A DNA stretch of 64,000 nucleotides from IMG/VR virus record IMGVR_UViG_3300037423_001547. One strand, written 5' to 3'. Origin of the DNA: a virus. The notes under the pieces are model-generated. The model was not told the DNA's origin. It saw nothing but the letters and a program-made list of their open reading frames with translations, and made no database searches. Shown here in pieces: positions 43,319 through 49,648 of the stretch; position 1 is the first letter of the stretch; every line of letters begins with the position of its first letter. Position numbers and translations under genes: made by a program.

Positions 43319-43362
43319 TCAGAGTGCCATCTCATCTTCGATTCCAGCGTGAGGCGGGTTTG

Positions 43363-43569
43363 ATGGCCAGCAAGCGGAGCAGCAAGAAGAAGACGCCGAA
43401 GCTCGGCACCGGCAAGCGGTTCGCCGCGGTCGAAGCCAGCGCCGCGAAGTCCGGCGCCCGCAACCCGGCGGCCGTCGCCGCGGCGATGGGGCGGAAGAAG
43501 TTCGGGGCGAAGAAGATGGCCGCACTCGCGGCGGCCGGCCGACGGCGCGCCGCGCGCAAGGGGCGCTGA
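43363..43569 (+). CDS. small highly basic protein (68 aa)
   Basis: MASKRSSKKKTPKLGTGKRFAAVEASAAKSGARNPAAVAAAMGRKKFGAKKMAALAAAGRRRAARKGR. GAGG upstream. Confidence 0.5.
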   Translation: MASKRSSKKKTPKLGTGKRFAAVEASAAKSGARNPAAVAAAMGRKKFGAKKMAALAAAGRRRAARKGR

Positions 43570-43572
43570 GCC

Positions 43573-43770
43573 TTGGTCTCTTCGAAGGGCGGTCGCGCCG
43601 GCTTCGTGTACCGCGCGCGCTTCGCCGTGTACCGCGCTCTGCGGCGGCAGGGTGCGTCGAAGTCGAAGGCGGCGAGGATCTCGAACGCGGGTCGGACCCA
43701 CGCTCAGCGTTCGGCCATGAGTCGCAAGGCGGCCCGCACGCGGCAGGCACGCGGGCGCAAGCGTCACTGA
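43573..43770 (+). CDS. small highly basic protein (65 aa)
   Basis: TTG start. Arg/Lys/Ala-rich (YRALRRQGASKSKAARISNAGRTHAQRS). Confidence 0.4.
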   Translation: MVSSKGGRAGFVYRARFAVYRALRRQGASKSKAARISNAGRTHAQRSAMSRKAARTRQARGRKRH

Positions 43771-43788
43771 GGGCAGTGGCGGGTGGCA

Positions 43789-43824
43789 GAGGCCCCGGAG
43801 GCTGTGGCGGCGCTCCGGGGCCTC
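43789..43824. terminator. bidirectional terminator hairpin (12-bp stem)
   Basis: GAGGCCCCGGAG (43789-43800) pairs with CTCCGGGGCCTC (43813-43824), between convergent genes. Confidence 0.75.
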
Positions 43825-43831
43825 GCCATGT

Positions 43832-44458
43832 TCAGGGGCAGTGCTCGCCGTACTTGACCGCGTTCAGCGTGACCGGCTGCCCGTTCAGCTTCGTCCCGGC
43901 GGCCGGTTCCTGGGAGCAGACCTGCCAGTTGGACTCGATGAGGACCAGCCGCCCGGCCTTGGTCGCGTCGTTGACGGTGATCGACGTGCTGGAGTCAAGG
44001 GCGCCCCGTGCGGCCTTGACGCTCTTGCCGTGGAAGTCGGGCATCGTCCCGCCAGCAGCCGATGGCGGAGCCTGGTCGTGGGCCGGGCAGGTCTCGTCGA
44101 GCTTGACCGCGCCGAAGTCCAGCTCGGTGTTCGTCGCGGCCTGGCTGCCGGCCTTGATGTTCTGGGAGCAGACCTTCCAGTCGCGGTCGAGGATTTGCAT
44201 GCGGGCGCGGCCGGATGAGTCGTGGCTCTTGAGGCTGTAGAAGCCGACCTCTTGGGCCTTGTCTTGGGCGGATTGGAGACCCATGCCGACGAAGTTGGGC
44301 ACGGTCTCCTTGGTGCCGGTCTTGCTGTCGCTGCTGGTGGTTGCCGTCGCGGTGGCGGTGCTGCCGCTGCTGCCCGTCGTCGTGGCGGGATCGCAGGCGG
44401 TGGCCGCGCCGAGGATGGCGATGACGGCGGTGGTGCAGGCGAGTGTTCTGCGGTGCAT
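43832..44458 (-). CDS. secreted lipoprotein with two PASTA-like repeats
   Basis: From ATG 44458: signal peptide plus lipobox (AVIAILGAATAC). Two repeats start VPNFVGMGLQSAQDKAQEVGF and MPDFHGKSVKAARGALD, each ending V-C-SQ-x-x-AG. Confidence 0.72.
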   Translation of the reverse strand: MHRRTLACTTAVIAILGAATACDPATTTGSSGSTATATATTSSDSKTGTKETVPNFVGMGLQSAQDKAQEVGFYSLKSHDSSGRARMQILDRDWKVCSQNIKAGSQAATNTELDFGAVKLDETCPAHDQAPPSAAGGTMPDFHGKSVKAARGALDSSTSITVNDATKAGRLVLIESNWQVCSQEPAAGTKLNGQPVTLNAVKYGEHCP

Positions 44459-44562
44459 GGTGGTCCCCCCTGGGTGTGCGGGTGTCGGGGGTGAGGGTAC
44501 GGCGGGTGTCGGGTGTGTGGGGGTTATGTGATGGTGCTGTGACCGGATCGGGTGGTGCGCGA

Positions 44563-44793
44563 TCAGGAGTAGTTCCGCGGCGGGAGTGGCTCGGCCTGCG
44601 ACTCGTCGATGATCCAAACGCAGCTGATGTAGTTCGGGTTGATCAGCACGTCCTGATCCCGGTCCGCCACATGCACCGCAATCGGTTTCCCGGAGTCGTG
44701 GTGTTGAGTGACAGTGCCTTCGATCGTGACACCGCTCGACAGGACAAACTCGTAGCGGCCGCCCTTCTTCACCTTGCGGTCCATCAAATCCAT
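44563..44793 (-). CDS. hypothetical protein (76 aa)
   Basis: ATG 44793 with an AGGAG RBS. Beta-rich small protein. Confidence 0.5.
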   Translation of the reverse strand: MDLMDRKVKKGGRYEFVLSSGVTIEGTVTQHHDSGKPIAVHVADRDQDVLINPNYISCVWIIDESQAEPLPPRNYS

Positions 44794-44956
44794 GAGGGTG
44801 CTCCTGTCACAGGATGTTGGGCTGGACGTCGCCACTGGGCATGGCTGCTCCTTGTGCGGGTTAGTGTTGCGGTGGAGGAGAGCGACAGGCTTTGGGCCTG
44901 TGCTGCGTGGAGCCCCCGCCGGGTTGTTGGAGGCGGGGGCTTCGGCCATGCAGGGG

Positions 44957-45196
44957 TCAGGCGCCCTGGCGGGTCTGCTTGGCGTGCCGCCGGGACTCGG
45001 TGAGGGGGCACAGGTAGACGCAGGTGCTCTCCCGGCATAGGGGGCAGATATCCGTGTGGAGCGCCGTGTCGATGTTCTGAGCGACCGTGAGGAGCCGGGC
45101 CCGGTCCTCGGGGCCCTCCAGGTGCTCGGCTGCCAGGCGCAGCGCGGCGGCGACCATCGCGTCGACGGGTACGCGGGTTCCGGTCATGTCTCGCAT
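44957..45196 (-). CDS. hypothetical protein (76-79 aa)
   Basis: ATG 45196 (GGGAG upstream) or ATG 45187 (ATGA overlap with the upstream stop). Has a CPLCRESTCVYLCP cluster. Confidence 0.5.
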   Translation of the reverse strand: MRDMTGTRVPVDAMVAAALRLAAEHLEGPEDRARLLTVAQNIDTALHTDICPLCRESTCVYLCPLTESRRHAKQTRQGA

Positions 45197-45426
45197 GGGT
45201 GGCTCCCGAGGTGGTTGGGCTGGATGTCGAAGGTAAGCGTGACGGGGGTTGCTCCGTCGGAGAGTCCGGCTTCGTCGAGTACGGCGGACCGGATCCGCAG
45301 GTACAGGTCGTAGCGGGTCTCGTCTGGCTCCCAGTTGCAGGTGCCGGAGCGGGAGCCGATGCCGTCGAGGGTGATCAGCCAGTGGTGGGTGCCCTGTTCG
45401 TGGAGGGGGTCGATTCTGTTGGGCAT
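45184..45426 (-). CDS. hypothetical protein (80 aa)
   Basis: Strong AAAGGAGG RBS. Confidence 0.6.
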   Translation of the reverse strand: MPNRIDPLHEQGTHHWLITLDGIGSRSGTCNWEPDETRYDLYLRIRSAVLDEAGLSDGATPVTLTFDIQPNHLGSHPCET

Positions 45427-45445
45427 CAGCCCCTCCTTTGATCGT

Positions 45446-45817
45446 TCAGGTGGTGCTGGCGTGAACTCGGGGGTGCCAGCGCACTGTCAGGATCACTGAT
45501 GGGGCGAGTGCTTGCCAAGCGTGGCGAACGCCGGGGCCGAAGTACACGAACTGGCCCTGTTCGTGGAGGGTGACGTGGTTGGGGGTTTGGTCGGGGAAGT
45601 CGAGGCGGAATCGGCCGTCGATGAGGACGGCGATGCTGGCGGTTTCGGCGGCTGCTGAGAGTTCGTGGCGGTGGTCGCCGATGGGGTGCCGGCTCCATTT
45701 GAGTTCGAGGTCGTTGGTTTTGAGGGGGCCGTGGGTGTCGTCGAGGAATGCGCCGACGAACCAGCCGCGGGTTTCGGGGAAGTTTTCGGCGTTGCCGATG
45801 TGGATGGTGCCGGTCAT
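45446..45817 (-). CDS. cupin-like small protein (weak call)
   Basis: From ATG 45817, 123 aa. Beta-rich with a GDHRHE...H pattern reminiscent of cupins. Confidence 0.45.
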   Translation of the reverse strand: MTGTIHIGNAENFPETRGWFVGAFLDDTHGPLKTNDLELKWSRHPIGDHRHELSAAAETASIAVLIDGRFRLDFPDQTPNHVTLHEQGQFVYFGPGVRHAWQALAPSVILTVRWHPRVHASTT

Positions 45818-45902
45818 GGGGTTCGTCCTGTCGTGTCGGGCGGTCAGACGGCGGGTGGTCAGCGGACGCGGCGGTCGGGGCCTTCGGGGTTGTGGTGGCC
45901 TG

Positions 45903-46163
45903 CTACTGCTTGCGGTAGTAGCCGTCGAGGAACTCGCGCGTGCCACGGATCGACCGTGCGAGGTCCTCGTCGAACTCGTCGGCGCGTTCAGCCAGGTCGT
46001 CGAGCATGGTGAGGGTGCCGTCGATGCCGTACTCCAGGCTGGAGATGCGCTGCTGGTAGCTGCGGTAGAGGCGTTCGTCGGCCTCGGCTTTGGCTTCGGC
46101 GGCGTCGCGGGCGGTGAACTCGTCGTCCACTTCGGTGTCTGTGTGCTGCGAGTTGATGGTCAT
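45903..46163 (-). CDS. hypothetical acidic protein (86 aa)
   Basis: AGGAG RBS and helical composition. Confidence 0.55.
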   Translation of the reverse strand: MTINSQHTDTEVDDEFTARDAAEAKAEADERLYRSYQQRISSLEYGIDGTLTMLDDLAERADEFDEDLARSIRGTREFLDGYYRKQ

Positions 46164-46190
46164 GGTGGGTACTCCTGTCAGGTCGGGCGG

Positions 46191-46460
46191 TCAGGCGAGC
46201 TGTGTTGCGGTGATCAGCGGGTGCGGCTCCAAGGAGACCCAGTCGCAGCCACCGTGGGCGTGGACCGCGCCGCTCTCCTCGTCCTGCCACGCGCTGTCCA
46301 GGTCGAACGGGATGCGGCGCGCGGCTTCAGCGAACGGGCCCTTAGCGGCGTCCTTGCTGGCGTACACGCCGAGGACTTCGCCGCCCTCGTGGTCCTCGCC
46401 CGTGGAGAGAACCCAGACGATCGGTTCGGACGGCTGCTGGCAGTGGGCGAGTTCGGACAC
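46191..46460 (-). CDS. hypothetical protein (89 aa)
   Basis: GTG 46460 with AAGGA upstream. The longer track ORF is Arg/Pro/His-rich upstream of that point. Confidence 0.5.
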   Translation of the reverse strand: MSELAHCQQPSEPIVWVLSTGEDHEGGEVLGVYASKDAAKGPFAEAARRIPFDLDSAWQDEESGAVHAHGGCDWVSLEPHPLITATQLA

Positions 46461-46480
46461 GGCTGGGGTCCTTTCGTGGC

Positions 46481-46508
46481 GGTGGGTTGAGCGTATGGCG
46501 GGGGTCAG
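46481..46508 (-). repeat. 25-28-nt early-gene leader repeat, copy 1
   Basis: GGTGGGTTGAGCGTATGGCGGGGGTCAG, 21 nt upstream of GTG 46460. Confidence 0.5.
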
Positions 46509-46681
46509 AGGGCGCGGACGCCCCACTTGCATTCGGTGCAACGCCAGATGGGGCCGAGGCTGAGCCGGCACCCGTGATAGTCGGTGTAGTCCTCGACGCG
46601 GACGAACGTGATGGAGCCGCATTCGGGGCACAGGTCGGGCTCGTCGTCGTACTCGACCGGCTGGGGGCTGGTGGCGGTCAT
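46505..46681 (-). CDS. zinc-ribbon protein (58 aa)
   Basis: ATG 46681 with a GAGAGGAA RBS. CPECG...CTEC gives two CxxC pairs. Confidence 0.55.
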   Translation of the reverse strand: MTATSPQPVEYDDEPDLCPECGSITFVRVEDYTDYHGCRLSLGPIWRCTECKWGVRAL

Positions 46682-46694
46682 GGCGGTTCCTCTC

Positions 46695-46719
46695 GGTGGG
46701 TTGAGCGTATGGGGGTCAA
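46695..46719 (-). repeat. early-gene leader repeat, copy 2
   Basis: GGTGGGTTGAGCGTATGGGGGTCAA, 14 nt upstream of ATG 46681. Confidence 0.5.
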
Positions 46720-46874
46720 ACGGCGACACGGGCGGCGCGCTTCCACTGCTGCCGCTCGGAGCGCTTCACACGCCGGCGGGCGGTCTTGCGGTCACGGCCG
46801 GGGGCCTGACCGCAGCAGTGGCAGTCGCGGCCGCCGGGTCCGTCAGGGGCGTGGCGGCCGATCATGCGGGGCAT
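46716..46874 (-). CDS. small basic Cys-containing protein (52 aa)
   Basis: Read by hand: MPRMIGRHAPDGPGGRDCHCCGQAPGRDRKTARRRVKRSERQQWKRAARVAV. AAGGAG RBS. Below the track cutoff. Confidence 0.45.
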   Translation of the reverse strand: MPRMIGRHAPDGPGGRDCHCCGQAPGRDRKTARRRVKRSERQQWKRAARVAV

Positions 46875-46886
46875 CGGGTTCTCCTT

Positions 46887-47231
46887 TCAGGCGGCGGGCC
46901 GGTAGGGGCCCCAGTCGCCGCGCAGCATCGGGTTGTACGGGCGGTCCTCCAGCTCCAACGGCAGGTCGGACCAGACCAGCATGGTGATGCCGAGGTCGAC
47001 GGCGGCGGCCACACGGTGGTGACCGTCGACCAGCCACGGCCGGCCGTTGAAGGTGCGGACCATGACGGGGAGGGCGATGCCGTCCCGGCGGATCTCCTCC
47101 AGCAGGCCGGCGTAGTGCTCGGAGGTTTGCTTGTGGTTGAGGACGTCGCGGACGTACAGGGCGTCGGGGGTCTCGTCGTCGTCGACGGTGAGCATGTCCA
47201 GGACGGTTGCGGTGGGGATGATGCCAAGCAC
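46887..47231 (-). CDS. ParB-like nuclease domain protein
   Basis: 114 aa, GTG start with an AAGGAG RBS. WLVDGHHRVAAAV is the DGxHR motif of the ParB/Srx fold. Confidence 0.72.
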   Translation of the reverse strand: MLGIIPTATVLDMLTVDDDETPDALYVRDVLNHKQTSEHYAGLLEEIRRDGIALPVMVRTFNGRPWLVDGHHRVAAAVDLGITMLVWSDLPLELEDRPYNPMLRGDWGPYRPAA

Positions 47232-47255
47232 GTCGGGGCTCCTTACGCGGCGCGG

Positions 47256-47432
47256 TCAGGTGTTGTTTCGGCGGTCGAGTTCGTCGCTGATGCGGTCGGC
47301 GTAGTCGGCGTGGAACTCGACCACGGAGGGGCTGCACATGTCGTAGCGGGGGTCGATCAACCGCAGGCAAGCGGCGCGTTCGTCGTGGAGTCCGTTGGTG
47401 GTCATGGTGGCGAGGTGTTCGGAACGGGTCAT
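47256..47432 (-). CDS. hypothetical protein (58 aa)
   Basis: Read by hand: MTRSEHLATMTTNGLHDERAACLRLIDPRYDMCSPSVVEFHADYADRISDELDRRNNT. Fills an otherwise empty gap. Confidence 0.4.
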   Translation of the reverse strand: MTRSEHLATMTTNGLHDERAACLRLIDPRYDMCSPSVVEFHADYADRISDELDRRNNT

Positions 47433-47441
47433 GGCGGGTTC

Positions 47442-47798
47442 CTAGGCGGCGAGGCTGAGGATGTGGGCGGCGATGCGGTGCTTGCAGGGGTGGAGGCCCT
47501 TGATGCCGGCCGGGCATGAGCAGGCGGTGCGGTGGGCCTTGTAGGTGCGCGTGCCGTCGGAGGAGGGGGCGAGGTAGATGCCGGCGCGGAGGGGGATGAG
47601 GGCGCCCTGCTCGATGAGTTCTTCGGCCTTGGCGACCTGGTGGGGCTTGTACTGGGCGACGACCTCGGCCTTGGCTGCCTCGCGGACCTTGCGGTGGCAG
47701 GTGGGGCCGTAGCCGAGAGCGGTCGACTTGGCGGACCGGAGCCCCCTGCCGCAGCGGAGGCAGTTGGTGTGCTGGTGGGTGGTGGCTGCGGCGTTCAT
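47442..47798 (-). CDS. SWIM zinc-finger protein
   Basis: ATG 47798 with a GAGGGGA RBS. Has CSCPAGIKGLHPCKH (CxCxnCxH) and an N-terminal CLRCG...C...H pair. Confidence 0.7.
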   Translation of the reverse strand: MNAAATTHQHTNCLRCGRGLRSAKSTALGYGPTCHRKVREAAKAEVVAQYKPHQVAKAEELIEQGALIPLRAGIYLAPSSDGTRTYKAHRTACSCPAGIKGLHPCKHRIAAHILSLAA

Positions 47799-47829
47799 GT
47801 CGTTCCCCTCACTTCGTCGTGCTGATATA

Positions 47830-47860
47830 GACAAGGTAGTTCCGTAGCCCTAACCTTGTC
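47830..47860. promoter_or_regulatory. operator-like dyad GACAAGGT-N15-ACCTTGTC
   Basis: 8-bp perfect arms in the divergent spacer between the SWIM gene and the plus-strand HTH gene. A further TAGAC-TTT-GTCTA dyad lies around 47899-47911. Confidence 0.5.
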
Positions 47861-47932
47861 AATATGAATGCAGCGAAGTTCCTGGAGGGTGTGGCGCTAG
47901 ACTTTGTCTACGCCACATCGACAGGGGGAACC

Positions 47933-48175
47933 ATGGCCGACCCGAACGCCGACTACTGGACCGTCGCCGACATCGCCGAACACTGGGGGGTCACCGCGCA
48001 GACGATCCGCACCTACCGCTCACGCAAGCGCGGTGAACTGCCCGAGCCCGACAACGTCTTCGGCCGCTCCCCGGTCTGGCGGCCGGCCACCATCATCAAC
48101 TTCCAGCGGCCCGGCCAAGGCGCACGGACCGACCTGCCGGAGCGCCCGGTGAGCAGCGAGGAGAAGACCGGATGA
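47933..48175 (+). CDS. excisionase/MerR-like HTH protein (80 aa)
   Basis: From ATG 47933 (GGGGGAA upstream): YWTVADIAEHWGVTAQTIRTYRSRKRGELPEPD...PVWRPATI is HTH_17/Xis-like. Confidence 0.68.
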   Translation: MADPNADYWTVADIAEHWGVTAQTIRTYRSRKRGELPEPDNVFGRSPVWRPATIINFQRPGQGARTDLPERPVSSEEKTG

Positions 48176-48423
48176 ACAGTGTTGGCATCCAGCTCGTCGG
48201 CGGCCCGGCCGACGGCAGGCTCCTCGTGATCCCCGGCGATCCGGCGAACCCGCCCCGCGTCTATGACGGGCTGATCTATGAGATGGGCAAGCGCAGGCTG
48301 ATCTATCGGCGCGCGGACGGCCGGGGTGTCCTGGGAAGGCGGACGCCGGGCGCCGAGGGACTGCCGTGGCGCTACCAGTACGACGGCGACCGCCCGGTGC
48401 GCCCGGACGAGGAGCCCACATGA
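48172..48423 (+). CDS. hypothetical protein (83 aa)
   Basis: ATGA overlaps at both ends. Confidence 0.55.
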   Translation: MNSVGIQLVGGPADGRLLVIPGDPANPPRVYDGLIYEMGKRRLIYRRADGRGVLGRRTPGAEGLPWRYQYDGDRPVRPDEEPT

Positions 48424-48821
48424 CCGCCCTCGCCGTCCGTGCCCTGCCGCACTGTCCGAACCCGCGCCGTATCCCCGCATCGGACCGCTGGACCGGTGAC
48501 TACATCGCCGAAGTCTGCGACTGCCCGCGCGACCACCCCCACCACTGGCGCGTCCACTGGGTCCACCAGGACGGCCGCCCCATGCACTGCCCGTGCGGGC
48601 TGAGGCAGCGCGTGAACGCCCCGCCGGACGACTACCTGATCACCATGAACGACGGCTACGTCTGCGCCGCGTGCGTGCCACGCGTGCCATCCACGGTCCG
48701 ATTGCAGGGAACACCGCTGGTAGCTGATCTGCCCTGCTGCTACTGCCCGGGAACAGCTCGGGCAGGCAGCGGATACGGGATCGACGGGCCGTACCACCCC
48801 GAGCTGGAGCCCACCGCATGA
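48420..48821 (+). CDS. Cys/His-rich hypothetical protein (133 aa)
   Basis: From ATG 48420. Multiple Cys/His clusters (CDCPRDHPHH, CPCG, CAAC, CCYCPG). Confidence 0.55.
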   Translation: MTALAVRALPHCPNPRRIPASDRWTGDYIAEVCDCPRDHPHHWRVHWVHQDGRPMHCPCGLRQRVNAPPDDYLITMNDGYVCAACVPRVPSTVRLQGTPLVADLPCCYCPGTARAGSGYGIDGPYHPELEPTA

Positions 48822-48825
48822 CGAC

Positions 48826-48850
48826 GGCCCCGCCCAACCCGGGCGGGGCC
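48826..48850. terminator. bidirectional terminator hairpin
   Basis: GGCCCCGCCC (48826-48835) pairs with GGGCGGGGCC (48841-48850), between convergent genes. Confidence 0.7.
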
Positions 48851-48870
48851 GCTGCATGTCGAGGCGGACG

Positions 48871-49287
48871 CTAGCTGCCGAGACTCTCCACCATCTTCAG
48901 CTTGTCGAACCGACCATCCTTGCCCGTCCAACCCAACCCATCAAGCGCCTTCGCCATCAGCAGCACGGTGTAGTCATCCTCCGAAAGCGACTCGCACGCC
49001 CCCGGCCGGCCCTTCCCGCCCTCCTTGGTCTTCTTGCCGAGCGTGTCGAACGCGTCGTTGGCCACGCCCTCGTACCCGGACCGGACCATGCCGGCGAGCG
49101 TCTTGTCGAAGGCATCGACCCGCTTCTTCGCCTCGCCGACGGTCGGCTTGTCTGCGGTATCGCCTCCGGTCCGCTCGGTGAGCGCGGCGGCGCAGTCCGT
49201 GGCTTTCTCGTCGCCGGACTTCGAGCAGCCGGCCGCCCCTACGGCGAGCAGGGCGGCGGCGAGCAGGGCGGTGGTGGTGTAGCGCAT
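48871..49287 (-). CDS. secreted lipoprotein (138 aa)
   Basis: From ATG 49287: MRYTTTALLAAALLAVGAAGCSKSG is a signal peptide with a lipobox. The long track extension upstream has no coding character. Confidence 0.72.
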   Translation of the reverse strand: MRYTTTALLAAALLAVGAAGCSKSGDEKATDCAAALTERTGGDTADKPTVGEAKKRVDAFDKTLAGMVRSGYEGVANDAFDTLGKKTKEGGKGRPGACESLSEDDYTVLLMAKALDGLGWTGKDGRFDKLKMVESLGS

Positions 49288-49381
49288 GGTCCCCCCATTG
49301 GCGCGTGAGATCTGTCGCCGCATCATCCGCCCGTGTGAACGCGGCGTGGAGGCGGTGTCACCGGACTGTGACCGAATGGGC

Positions 49382-49418
49382 GAGAGCCCCACCGGACGGG
49401 GAGGCCAGTGGGGCTCTC
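49382..49418. promoter_or_regulatory. 11-bp-stem hairpin in the 361-nt non-coding spacer
   Basis: GAGAGCCCCAC (49382-49392) pairs with GTGGGGCTCTC (49408-49418). Confidence 0.45.
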
Positions 49419-49602
49419 TCAGGGGGTAGCCGTGGCGCTCGAAACCCGACCACGAACCCAGTGTCCCAACACTGTCAAACGGTGTCCGCGGGATCCGGTT
49501 GCGCGTCCCTGGCTTCCGGGGCGGCGGAACAGGGCGGCCGATCCTCCCGGAACCGTGAACACGGGGGTTGACCTGCATGGATGCGTGTTCACCGCGCAGG
49601 GC

Positions 49603-49635
49603 GGGGTGTTCAACGGCGGCCGCGCTGAACACCCC
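49603..49635 (-). terminator. hairpin after the FtsK-like gene
   Basis: GGGGTGTTCA (49603-49612) pairs with TGAACACCCC (49626-49635), 14 nt downstream of the stop at 49649. Confidence 0.6.
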
Positions 49636-49648
49636 GTGAGCGGGCCTC

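Noticed and set aside
45421-45445. CCTTTGATCGTTCAGG as a fourth copy of the late leader motif
   Set aside because: It differs by an indel and three substitutions. Its CAAAGGAGG part is simply the RBS of the 45184..45426 gene, and it lies in the early region. The similarity is noted but it is not counted as a copy.
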